A stretch of DNA of 64,000 bases. Source: Penicillus capitatus. Taxonomy: Eukaryota; Plantae; Chlorophyta. Numbering within the stretch: the stretch's first letter is position 1; the number at the start of each line of letters is the position of its first letter. The stretch lies in assembly GCA_965649825.1 (NCBI GenBank), contig OZ287700.1:310001-374000 (forward strand). The letters are read 5' to 3'. This document shows positions 1 through 11,405 of the stretch, piece by piece. A model generated the notes under the pieces. It had not been told where the DNA came from. It made no database searches and was given only the letters and a program-made list of their open reading frames with translations. Position numbers and translations under genes: made by a program.

Positions 1-17
1 CAGTGTGGCGGCTGTAG

Positions 18-191
18 ATCCATGAGGCCACGAATAACTTCGTCCTGATGGAAGGCAATCGTAGCCTGACGTTCCTCACACCGATGTCAGGAAATGAGCA
101 GCAATGGTTAGTCACACAGGTAAACACGGTTCTTGAGGACATTCGCAATCTCTGCTTGTCGCCTCTGGACACGATGGAAGAGGCCGTATAG
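18..191 (+). CDS. 3'-terminal exon of a gene that starts upstream of the window (unknown product)
   Basis: After an acceptor-like TGTAG (13-17) there is a 58-codon open frame, IHEATNNFVLMEGNRSLTFLTPMSGNEQQWLVTQVNTVLEDIRNLCLSPLDTMEEAV*, ending in TAG at 189-191. Confidence 0.45.
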   Translation: MHEATNNFVLMEGNRSLTFLTPMSGNEQQWLVTQVNTVLEDIRNLCLSPLDTMEEAV

Positions 192-384
192 AACGCTCTC
201 TACTCTGTCACTTGCGTAGAAGCAATGAGAAGTTTTTGAACGTAAGGCACTGCATTTTTCGTTTCGACCTTCTTAGTGAGAATCGTCAGAATTCCATATC
301 CTACCTACATCATACTAGATAGATAGGAACGGGACCGGAACTTGCTTTAGGTGGCCCCTTCTTGGCCACAACCATAACGTACGA

Positions 385-1255
385 TTAGCATTGCCCAGAA
401 ATCTGCAGTGTGTGTTTCGGCATTGCATGAACTTGTTGTAACAATTGATCACTTTGGCTTCGATCTCCGACGATCATTTGATCTTCTTTCCATGGTGGAC
501 GTCGCAGAGATCGGTGAAAAGACCGCTGCGGCATGACGCCCTCGAAGATACCGTCGACGAAACACCTCGCCGAGGACAGAAGCCGTCCAACGGAGAAACG
601 CGGATCCGATCTGAAGTCGTCTCCGCCGGTGTGCGCTGGTTCGCTCCCTGACGCCTCCGAAGATGACATCTGTTCGGGCTGTCGAATGCAGTACGGTCGG
701 TACGGCAACCTGAATTCCTCCGTTTGTACACGTCTTGAACGCACTTGCGAGGAGAACGCCGGTCTTGTGATGTGGTCAATACAGAGTGCGTCCGTGGAGG
801 TGTCGCGATGACGCAAGACAGGTTCCTGTAAACGGTTGGAAGTATTCCACGCAAGGGTCGAGCGGAACCAACTCAAGGCTGTCTTTCGATAACGGTTTCA
901 TAAGCTTCGTCGGTTCGTCGCTATCTCCTATGGGAACGCATTCCGTGGAGGGCGGAACAGAATCGATGGACCTTGACAGCTGACTGTCTTCACACTCTGA
1001 TCCAAACAAACGCGCCCGAATAGAATCGGCAATCGGCAAAACAACGAGGCGGAGAGGAATTCCCAGAGACGCCGTATCAAGTCGTCGGATTGACGGGGAC
1101 GTGGACGCGCGAAATGAATGGCTTGGTGCTTCTTGCAGAACAGCTCGACAGGACTCGCTGCGCTGACGCCGGTTTGGATCCCTTCGGAGACCAAAAGGCC
1201 TCCGTCGCCCGAATGTTGGGTCGTGAGTGTTGCCAGAAACGTCACATCTTCCCAA
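385..1255 (-). CDS. Putative protein of unknown function, probably spliced
   Basis: Overlapping minus-strand ORFs (776..1255, 385..876) with gene-like GC content lie divergent from the coiled-coil gene. No motif recognised. Confidence 0.3.
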
Positions 1256-1356
1256 CGTCAGTCACGTCCACAGCAGAAGACAAATTCCTTCGCGCGCCGT
1301 CGAATCTGTTGTTTGCGGTTTTCTTTTTTCTCTTTGTGATCTTTTGTGAAAAGGGG

Positions 1357-3089
1357 ATGGACAAGATGAACGAACGGATGCAAACGACGCCACTCTGGAC
1401 CGTCTTGCGTGCGGCGTCGTCATGGATGTCGAAGGTAACCGTCCGGACGTTTCGATTTCCCTTCACCGAGCTTGTGTGCATGAAGGCGCCGGACGGCGTG
1501 GCTTCGGTAGGAAGTTCGCCGAGGAACAACGCGGCAGAGAAGGTACGCCCCGTCGCGAATGCGCCCTCGACTGTCGGTGTTCTGCAGTACGACGCGTTCG
1601 ACAGGGTTGGAATAACGGGGCGCGCCGAGCTCGCTGCCGGACATGTCCTGGATGCAACGAAGGACGTTCTCGCGGATCTGCGCGAGAGAATCGCCGAAGC
1701 CAGAGGCGAGCTGGAGGCCATCGAATCAGAGCTGGCAGAAAGGAAGGCCGAACTCGCAGCAAACGTAGGTGACCAGGCGAGAGGGGACCCTTGCTATCTC
1801 CTTGAGACTGTGCAGGAGAAGGAGGTGGCCGACTCGACACTCCAGAGAGAGATCGCATCGGCGGATGCGGAGTTCCTCGTCTGGCGGAGGCAGGAGTTCG
1901 AACCGCAGCTCGAGAGCATGCAATGGGAGTGGGAGGCGCTGCAGCAAAAGGTGATCCATCCATTCACCAGCCGCCTTACCTCTCCATTCCTTTCTTTCTG
2001 TGTGTGAGCAGATCGAGGAATCCAGATTAGAGTGCAAGGCTGCCAAGGCCGAACTCCGCGCGTACAATGAAAAGATGGAAGCAACGGAGGCAGATCTGGC
2101 ATCCAAGCGCATAGAGCTGGCTTCACTTGATCTGGCCATCGATGAAGCGGCGCGGAAGAGAAGGACCGAGCAGAAGGTGCGTGTCTCCGCTGAAACAAAA
2201 TCTCAGCTGACGGCGACTCTGCAGGAGATTGAGATGCTGGTATACGAAAGGGAGAAGACGGAGAGAGGCATCCAGAAGATGGGGAGGAACTACAGAGAGC
2301 TGTCTGCCGACGTGCTGGATATGGAGCTGCAGATCCTCGAGAAGGGAGACGAGCTGGCAGAAATGAAGTCCCGTCACGAGTACCAAAGAAAGAGGCTGAG
2401 GGGAGTGCCGACAGGGCCTTGGGTGTTCGGAGAGCGCACTCACTGCAAGGACGTCTGCTTGGAGAAGGAGAAGACCATCAACGAGTGAGGCACAGGCCTC
2501 TCTTTAATCCCAGGTGCATCCTGATCGAGGACGTGCAGGCTGAAGAAAGATTTGGCCTCGACGGAAGAATCCAACCGTTTGCTGTCGGCGGAGAAGCGCG
2601 ACCTGGAGGCTGCTCTGAGAAAGCGCACCTTTGGACAGGAGACCGAGAGCGGGAAGAAGCTGGCTGCGTATCGTGCTAAAATCGCCGACTGCTGGAAGCA
2701 GCTGGCGGAGCTTCGCAGTTCGGCGGATGCCTTCTTCATCTTTCTTCGCGTCTTTGGCAGACAGATGCACGAGACGGCAGTGGCCTGTCTGTCCGGTGCG
2801 TGCTCGAACTCAGCCGACGATCCTTCGCTTACGCCTGCCGTGTAGAGGAGACGAACGACAAACTCAGGAACTTGCTCGAAGTGATGGCGGCGGAGGTGAA
2901 TAGCTACAAGGAAGCAGTCCACGGCCGCAGCAGTCGACTCACCATGGTAAGATGGACACCTTCCGCCGATTCGAGTGTCCGACGGTCGTGTTCTGAAAGG
3001 GAACCGCCTTCGCCGAAGCGTACAACGGCTGCAAGAATCAGATGGACGTGCTGCACCGAAAGCTGCAGTGCCTGGCAGAGATGGAGTAG
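1357..3089 (+). CDS. Multi-exon coiled-coil protein
   Basis: Successive E/K/R/L/A-rich heptad segments (DLRERIAEARGELEAIESELAERKAEL; RIELASLDLAIDEAARKRR; NRLLSAEKRDLEAALRKR) are separated by about 50-nt GT..AG introns. The last exon reads GTAFAEAYNGCKNQMDVLHRKLQCLAEME* (TAG 3087-3089). Start is approximate. Confidence 0.6.
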
Positions 3090-4293
3090 GACCACGAAGA
3101 CAGATTCCGGGTCGACGACAACTGTACAACATCGACGAAATAGTTTCTTTTTTCTTTGGATTGCTTCGAACGGATCCGGTGACAGACGACAGATTGGCCG
3201 GCGATTAGAGGACTTGGAGCAGGTTTGTGCAAGCGGACATCAATGTTTGGTCCGAGAATGACCGTATGACGAACACTTCGTTGAGTAGAATTCTCGTCGG
3301 TGAATATGGCGAATCGTGTAGAGATGACGGACGATCTTTTCTTAACTGTTCTTTTTCTTTTCTGCAGAGAATGCACGTGGTCGATGATAGCAGCAGTTGC
3401 CTTTTTGCAGTCCGCTGTTCATCCTGCATAACACTTGAGCTGATTGAATGCTCGTCTCACTTGGTGACGGATCCTCTAGACGCCTTCTCTGGCCTTCATT
3501 TGCGAAACGCATGATGCGCGCTCGTCCAACCGCTGCGCAACTTATCTGTGACGTCCTTTGCATAGTTTCCCCAGTGAAACGTCTTTTCATTGTGTTTGCA
3601 TTTGCTTTGAGCATTCGTCGTGGTCGTCATTGCGCACATTTCTCTGATCGCATGTTTCGATTACATTACTTGTCAAGGTAAAGCACTTCCTTTTCTGCTT
3701 CGATACCGAAACAAGGAAAAGAAGTGTGCACACCCTCTAGCAACGTTCAAGGAGTGTGAACAAACCAACGCATTCCTCGACTGGATAGGTCCCTCCTTGT
3801 CATCCAAGTACTTATACACAAACAAAACGAGGAACGAAGAGACGCCCCGTACTTGCAAAAACAGTTCTCTATTCGACAATAGCGCTCTGCAGCTTTATGG
3901 ATGCAATAAAGCCAGTACAAAGTCTCTGTCTGATTTTATACCCCCGTGCTTTCTCTTCAGATACTTAATGAAATGGTTTTGATCACCCGATTAGATTATT
4001 CTGTCCCTTTCTTTCCGATACTGAGAGGATCACTTTTTCTTGACGATCGTGTTTTTGTCTCAAACGACGAAAAAGTGCTAAAAACCTGTCACGTTTCTCG
4101 TCTCTGGTCACTTGATGCTTGAGTGCTTCGCTCGGTGACGTGACATGCACACCATCCGTCTCGCAAACTCTGACGGCCGGAATGCAGTCAATGGTCCATT
4201 CCAGACCGTCTGTTCTCCATCAGAGGCCACCTTATCTCCTCTGCCTCTCTACGTCCCGCCTCGGCGATACATGTCTTGTTGCTCGTTATGCAC

Positions 4294-5253
4294 TCATCGC
4301 ACTCTGACGGCTTCGTATTGTCTCGTTGTCTCTGCGAGACATCGTGCATTCCATGCCTCCACTAACTTCTGTGCAACCTGCGGCTCGTGGTTGCCGTAGC
4401 GAATCTGTCTCCGTGAATCTGGCTCGATCATCATCTCATCTGCCGTATCTGAATCTACGTACTTCAAGAGATTCGAATGGATCAGCCTCAGGTGTCGCTC
4501 TTTGAAATCTAGGTACTCCTTCTCTAGCGGCGTGTCCAGCAAATAAGGCACTTCTGGAAACTGTCTGTCATCCACATACTTCATTATTTTCTCGCCGCAC
4601 AGTCTAAAGATCTGCTCAGTCTTCTGCTTTTCTTCGCAGAACTCAGCGGGGCCAGCCTTGGGATTTTGTAGACAGAAATCGAAAACGGCATCTGGATGTG
4701 CCCTTGGGCAGTGCTGCAGTATCCTCTGGACGCGTGGAAACACGTCCCAGCATTTTCGCAACTCCTCAAAATCTGTCCTCCGTTGCCACGGCCGAAGGCA
4801 ACGTCTAAGGAGAAAAATCATGGGGACTCTTTTGCTTTCGTCCCCGAACTCGGCCTCCGTAATGTTCAGGAAGCTCAGCAGAAGCTGCCGCCTCTTCAAC
4901 AGGACGGGCATCGCCACAGCGCCTCCTCTGAATCGCGACCGCTGTGTCGCTTTTCGCTGCAGTTTGGCAAGGTGTTGCACCTCGGCCAAGAGATAGAGAT
5001 GATAGACGCGCCGCAAAGACTGTCTTCTCTCTTTGCAGTCGAGGAATCTCAGCCACCAGCTGGAGCAACGATACTCACTGGCTGCTCTCCCGGCCGAGAC
5101 AGTGCAAACGCCTTCTGCCGTCGTCGCTTTGGCACAGCAGCGCACGCAACACACACTCAGCAGGATTCCATCGAAGACGCCCTGGACGAAGCCGTCACAT
5201 GTCGCACACTTGACGCGCGGCTCTCGACTTCCAATGCTGTGCATCTGACACAT
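4294..5253 (-). CDS. Intronless Cys-rich protein with an XPA-like Zn-finger/DNA-binding module; paralog of 26432..27874
   Basis: 319-aa uninterrupted ORF with CATC-x15-CCVRCC, then ...AASEY...LRFL...LYLLAEV. The block HPDAVFDFCLQNPKAGPAEF matches NPEAVFDFCLSNPEGGPEEF in the paralog. Confidence 0.7.
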   Translation of the reverse strand: MCQMHSIGSREPRVKCATCDGFVQGVFDGILLSVCCVRCCAKATTAEGVCTVSAGRAASEYRCSSWWLRFLDCKERRQSLRRVYHLYLLAEVQHLAKLQRKATQRSRFRGGAVAMPVLLKRRQLLLSFLNITEAEFGDESKRVPMIFLLRRCLRPWQRRTDFEELRKCWDVFPRVQRILQHCPRAHPDAVFDFCLQNPKAGPAEFCEEKQKTEQIFRLCGEKIMKYVDDRQFPEVPYLLDTPLEKEYLDFKERHLRLIHSNLLKYVDSDTADEMMIEPDSRRQIRYGNHEPQVAQKLVEAWNARCLAETTRQYEAVRVR

Positions 5254-5892
5254 CCTCGGCGTTCACGGAGTGCAAGAGAGTAAACGATGTCGTGTCCTTC
5301 GGACAGCAGTTCTCGTCACATGGAACGGCAGACGGAAAAGGAAGGATTAAATATCTCAACGGATCATCTAATCGATCTGTCATCGTCGATGTCCATTCGC
5401 TGGATGCCTCGTTGCTGAAAAGAGGACCATCCATTCCTGAACAGGCGAACGCATTCGGGTCGAAAATCAGCCATCCGATCTCAAGTCGTCGTTCGGTGCA
5501 GGATTGTTTTGAATCTAGGCGACCATTAGAGTTTATTACATACAAGAGCCATTAAATCAAGATTGTCAAATACACTGTTTGTCTATTCGTCAAACAAAAT
5601 GCTGCAGCAAATACAGGAAACGTGCGTCACATAATGCTGATAGGATTCATAAGAGAATCTTCCAGGTGTGTACATATACATACAGTATCCACTTGTGAAC
5701 TGCCAGAGCTTGGATTCCAAATATCTTGTCACAGCATGACTGGTCTGCAGAAACAGCGACCCGTTCTGCTAAGAACTGTACAAATGCCACCGCTGTGCGT
5801 CGTAAAGAAACAAGAAATAGTACTCGCGAAAAAGAAACAGCAGTTGCAGTACTAACCGATATGTTCATCGAGCGCAACGAGATGAAGGCTGG

Positions 5893-7614
5893 CTAAACTG
5901 GACACTGTCCGGCAGTGTCGTTCTGAGATGCCTCTCTCGTCGATCCAGAAATCCAGGATCCGAGTCTTCGGACGAGCTCCATCGTTTCGGCCCTATGGAC
6001 GGTCGTTTCGTTGTCTCTGCCACTCTGTGACGTAACCAGCATCTCTGCCGCCGTCTTGCCACAGGGCTTCGCTGTCGGCATCGCTGGCATGGACCTGGGA
6101 TGCGTCACCGAGGCTGGATAGATGAAATAGCGAGATAAGCAGCTAAACAAACAGGAGAGCCAGTACAAGGCCATCTCCATCATCCACACCGCCATGAGGG
6201 TCAGCAGCCAGGATACGCCAATCAGCAAAGCCATCGGTTTGTTGAGGAGATGGATGGCGCAGTTGGTGCACTCCATGTCTGCGATATCGCCCCATATGGT
6301 TTCGTTCTCCTTCGTCGAAGGATAGGAGCGCTCAACCCAAGACGTCCCTTCATCGATGACGTCCACATTGAACTCCACTTTGAGAGTGCCGCTGAGATAG
6401 CCGGATCCATCCAGTGCTGCGGCGGACCCCGTAATCTCGCGCTGCTCGACGACAAACGCCACATCCCCCGCCATCCACGTCGCTGATGTGATGTAGCGAA
6501 ACGGCCTCCTCTGGATGGCGCGAAGGGGATCCCACTGGTCTTTGTTGAAGACCATGTTTCCGTACTTGAAGGTGAGATCCGCCTGGATCGTGCCATCTTC
6601 CCGGCGACGCAGGTAGCCGCATTGAATGATCTCCAGCAATGTGTACAAGATGCTTGCTGGCAGATATCTGATCCCGTGACATGGCACGATGCGGTCGCCA
6701 TCGACGATCTTCAGATGTGTCATGTCAACGTCGTCACAGCTTTGGATCTCGAACCTCGGCTGCTGTGCGACGCAGTCTGGCCAACGAAGGATCCCCTCTC
6801 CTGCCGTTTTCCTCTTGGCAATGCGCGCCGCCGAGAACTGACGACTGGCCAGACGCTCGTCCCAGTCACGCGTCCTGCGAAGATCTGGGTCTTCGTTTGC
6901 GACCAGAACGGCGACGCTCAGCAGCGCCTGGCTCCCTGCATCGTTCCCATGGATCATAGATTTGGCGATGTGCTCCGGCACTCTGAGAGGGCGGCTCTCT
7001 TCCACTTCTGTACGCCATTCCTGATAGAAGGCTGCAACGTCATACAGTACACCCTCCCATGTGCTGTTCTCCAGCACCTTGCCGCATTCCACTCCTGTGT
7101 CAAAAAGGAGAGCATTGCGTTCCTTGGGCGTAAACCGCTCCCATCTCTTGTCCTTCAGATGCCGAGTCCAGAGCGCCACAATCGCACTCTCGTTCGCATC
7201 CCAGTAACGCGCACACTCCGTGGCGTTCAATCCGAGTCCTTGTACTAACAGGAACCGCATGCGATTGCGCGTTTGCTCGACGACGCGTTGGATAAGGTCG
7301 CCATTTCCGAAGTACGGTCGCCACAGAGATACGGCGACGAATTCGACGAGCAGGACACCGATGGCGTTGACCCCCTCGCCTGGGTCCTCGGAAAAGAATA
7401 CGAGAACGCCGGTAAGAATTGCGAAGATGCACCACAGTGAGGCGTATCCGAGGGAATTGGACCGCAATACAAATCTCTGCGAGGCGGACTTGCCCTCTTC
7501 GACGTACGAGATATAAGCTCGGCGTCCGAGAAGGATTCCGTTCGATATGAACCAACAGACATTCCACCAAAGTGGATTTTTCAAGGCCAATTTAAAAAGT
7601 GCGCTAATATTCAT
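5893..7614 (-). CDS. Intronless 573-aa membrane protein of unknown function
   Basis: Long uninterrupted ORF starting at ATG. Hydrophobic segments occur near the N-terminus (LWCIFAILTGVLVFF; AIGVLLVEFVAVSLW) and C-terminus (ALLIGVSWLLTLMAVWMMEMALYWLSCLF), with a soluble middle region. Confidence 0.7.
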   Translation of the reverse strand: MNISALFKLALKNPLWWNVCWFISNGILLGRRAYISYVEEGKSASQRFVLRSNSLGYASLWCIFAILTGVLVFFSEDPGEGVNAIGVLLVEFVAVSLWRPYFGNGDLIQRVVEQTRNRMRFLLVQGLGLNATECARYWDANESAIVALWTRHLKDKRWERFTPKERNALLFDTGVECGKVLENSTWEGVLYDVAAFYQEWRTEVEESRPLRVPEHIAKSMIHGNDAGSQALLSVAVLVANEDPDLRRTRDWDERLASRQFSAARIAKRKTAGEGILRWPDCVAQQPRFEIQSCDDVDMTHLKIVDGDRIVPCHGIRYLPASILYTLLEIIQCGYLRRREDGTIQADLTFKYGNMVFNKDQWDPLRAIQRRPFRYITSATWMAGDVAFVVEQREITGSAAALDGSGYLSGTLKVEFNVDVIDEGTSWVERSYPSTKENETIWGDIADMECTNCAIHLLNKPMALLIGVSWLLTLMAVWMMEMALYWLSCLFSCLSRYFIYPASVTHPRSMPAMPTAKPCGKTAAEMLVTSQSGRDNETTVHRAETMELVRRLGSWISGSTREASQNDTAGQCPV

Positions 7615-7878
7615 CGCAAACGCTGAAAATCACCCACACTCTTCCCTTTTATCATCGACTGTGACTCACTGAAAAGACACGCTGTCATTGGGCGTCATTT
7701 AAAAAACAAGGAGAATTCGTCCACGTCCACACAGTGAACGGTATCTTTATGATCAGCAGAAGCGAAACGGTTTGTCCGAAGATTCGCCGCTGACGTCAGT
7801 CGGATGTGCCATCTGCCTAGACGTCGCATCAGAGGTATAAGAGACGTCGCTGTCGGCCGGCATCGGACACGTAAAGCC

Positions 7879-10800
7879 ATGTCTCAGCGCAAAAGACACA
7901 CGACACGCGATCGGCCGTCGAAGCCTGACGCGATCGGATTCTTTCGGAACATTAGTCGACCGACGCCGAGATCGAATGGTCGTCCTCTCTTGGCCCTACG
8001 CGTCACAAGGCTTTCGTTGTGTCAGATGCTGCCCCGAGTCGCTTGCCGATGCGCACAACTACGACGACACGTGTGTGTCGCCAAGAACCTAATCTGGGAT
8101 CGTCCTCTGCAGCAGCCGCTGGTCTCGCTTTGGACCAACTCAAGAAGACCGCCGGTGCGTGGCTCTCGACGGATCTCGGCTTTCGACGCCACCCGATGAT
8201 GCGACTTCAGATCGAGTGGTCGAAGAACAGGAAAACGCGAAGCAATGCATCGCATCCTACGTCAGCCATTCTGTCGTTCCTGGCGACGGAGCATAATCTG
8301 AGCGCTGCTTTCCAGAAACTGCAGCTCGAGGAGAGCCAGAAATCGTTGGTGCACGCTGCGAGCGACCTCTCAAAGGAACGACGAGAGAATGCGGAACTCC
8401 AGGCCAAAGTCAAGGATGGTGATACTCGCCGCATCTCTTCGCCGAGGCCGAGGTTGCGAACGTGGGCTTAGACGAGCGGCAGATCCAGTTCGTTCGGGAC
8501 AAGATGTTGGTCGTGCAAGCCCTGCACGATGGATTGAAGGAAGACGTGGAAAAGACACAGGAGGAGCTGCAAAGAGGTGACGCGAACGGACAATGCCATG
8601 CGTGCCTGTTATAGATTCTCGATTCTGATAGTCCAGAAGATGCGTAATGTCTTGGCCCAGCGCTTTGAGCAGCAACTGCAACATGCCGAAGTGCCTAAAG
8701 AGCACACAAGCCTGGACTTCACGTTCCTCTTCTTCTCATAGGAGTTGGCGGAAAGTCACAGTCATTGGAAGAGTGAGAACTCTGATTTGGTCAGTAGACT
8801 CGGAGAAGGTGAGAAAAGGCAATGCGTGTGGGTGTCGTTTACTAAGTGGCTGGTGCAGCTTCGTCGCTGAATGAGAGGCTCAGGCGAGAGCTCGTCGAGG
8901 CCAATGAGAGTCTGGCACGCCTCCGACGCGCGCAGGATTCGATCGAACAGACACTCGTAAGTGATAGCCGTCAGCACGGCAAACACCATTCGCTGCTGAA
9001 GGAGGCCGAACGGACGGAGCATCAATTAAGAGTCGAAGAACTGATGGACGAGAAGCGTGACGACGTCGAAGCACTGAAAAAGACGAGAGATCGGCTCAGA
9101 GAGACAGAATTGAGGCTTCAGAGAGAGCATACTGACGTAGAAAAGCAAGCGAGAGAGATCCGCAAGGAATCGGAAAAGAAGATCGATCACCTGGGAGAGG
9201 AGTTGAAGATCGCCTTCAAGAAACACGCCACAGACGAGGCCGAACTGAAGCGCCTAAAAGAAGAGCTCGAATCGGCCGGTGTCGAATGCCGTCATTACGA
9301 ATACGAGCACCAAGTCCTCCATGCACCACCATGGAGAGCTTGTTACTGTTCTTGGTGACGCAGGCATCCGTTGCCAAGGTGGGAGAGATGACGAAAAGAC
9401 TGGAGTCTCTCACAAGAGAGCTGACTTGCAAGGCCGAGGAAGTGGAACGTATGGGAGATGAACTGGAAGCAACGAAAGGACAGCTGCAAGAAACGAAGGC
9501 CGAGAGGGACAGAACATCGGCCCTTGTTTTGCAGCTAGAGGAGGATAGGGTTGACTCTGGCTTTTCATGGCCGCGGGCTAAACTAGTTACTCCTTTCTCC
9601 AGGAGGTGGCGGAAGACGAACGCGATCGATCGCATGGAGCTTTGCAAGCGAAGGAGGAGCAACTCTCTTTACTGACACAGGAACTGCAGGCATACAAGGT
9701 ACCGTCATCGACACGCTTGCACTGCACAGGTGCTCTCTTTCATAGGAGGAAGCCCAAAAAAGGATCGCCGTTCTTGAGGCTGAAATTGCAGAGAAGGTCC
9801 GTCAGATCAACGAGAAAGAGGCTCTGGCAGAGACGGCGCGAGCGTTTGGCGAGAAAGAAATGCAAAGCTTCGCAGAGTCCACTGAAAAAGTGGGTCATGT
9901 AGACCACAATTGTTTGAGGAGCTGAATGATCGTCTGATGCAGGAGCTCGCCGCCATCCGAGAGAACAAGAAGAAAGAGATCAAACAGAGGACAGAAGCAG
10001 TATTATACTTTCCGTCCTCAGCTGGCAACTGCAGACTTGTTTGGTGCTAGCTGAACGCCGAAATCGATCGACTGAAAAGCGAGAGGGGGAGTTTCGATTC
10101 GAGGCTGGCGGAGATCGCAGCACAGAAGGAAGAGTACCAGCAGGCTCTAGCCAGTGCTCGACAGGAGAAGGAGAAGTGCGAAAAAGAGAGAGACGAATTG
10201 GAGGACAAGACAAAGGAATTGAAAGCAGCCCATCAGAAACGCATGCAGAAGGAGGAGAAACTTGTGAGACCCAGGCTATCGTCATCGCAGAGAATTCCTG
10301 TGCGATCCTCAGGTGCACGAAGTCGAGAAATTGAGGGGTCAGCTCAAGGAGGCGCTGGCCAGCTCAAGAGATATGGAACGGGAGTACGAAGAAAAATACG
10401 AGAGAGAGCTCGGGGAGATGTGTGACAAACTGAGACACGAGGAAGAGAGCAATGCAATGCTTGCCTCCGAATTGGCCGAAATCAAACAACAGCTGCAGGT
10501 GAGTAACCGCTGCACGATGATCCTCCTGTCACGCTGTGCCGTTCAGACAGTAGAGGCGGATAGGGATGCGTGCAGGACACGTCTGATTGAACTGGAGGCA
10601 GATTTGAAGAAGAGCGCGGTGGATGCTGAGAAGAACGCGCAGTTGATGCAGCAGATCTCTGAGAAGCAGAAGCAGACGATAGCGACGCCAGACCCGCTGT
10701 CAGATCCAACAGCCATTGCTAAGCAGCGGATCATCCAGCACACGTCCGAAATGAACAGCAAACGCGACAGATCTGCCCTGGAGAGCTCGAACTGCGCAGA

Positions 10801-11367
10801 GACCTCCAAAGTGAGCTCCATCGATGACCAGCCAAACGAGAAGATACCACGGAAGCCGAGAAAGTCTGGAAGAATCAAGAAGATGCGCAACGGTCCCAGT
10901 CCATCGGACAGTCAGACCGATAGCATGGAGAGGAGTGCCATTCGGACGCACTGGGTTCCTTCCCGATACTGGTGAAATCAAGTGAACGCACGCACGAAGG
11001 CAGTAGTAACATGGGTAACGTCGAGAACCCAATGGAAGGACGTTTGTTTTGTGCAACGGTTGGCGGATTTGAAACCCCGCCAGCAACGGCAATGTCTAGC
11101 GAAAGACGTTTCACATCGTCTCTCGATCCATCGGATGCATCGATCGAGTTCTCCGATCTCGATGACGGTCCTCTGTCGCGTTTGGTAACACTTCTGACAC
11201 GTGCTTCCAACGCGCGGCTGTGTATGGATGGCGGCAACTGCTTCCAAGCAATCGCTTTGCGAGCAGCAGATGATCACTCATCTGGTCGTCGTCCGACTGC
11301 CGACGCCTCGGATCCGTCTGTGGGATGTGACGTCATCCTAGCGATACGAGAATCACTTCACAGTTAA
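7879..11367 (+). CDS. Large multi-exon coiled-coil protein
   Basis: ATG at 7879 is followed by many E/K/R-rich heptad exons (LRRELVEANESLARLRRAQ; EKLRGQLKEALASSRDMEREYEEKYERELGE) split by short GT..AG introns, then an S/D-rich low-complexity tail. The 3' end is uncertain (10975 or 11367). Confidence 0.6.
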
Positions 11368-11405
11368 GGTCTTTCGTTTCTTGACTGCAGAAGTACTGTT
11401 CGCAA

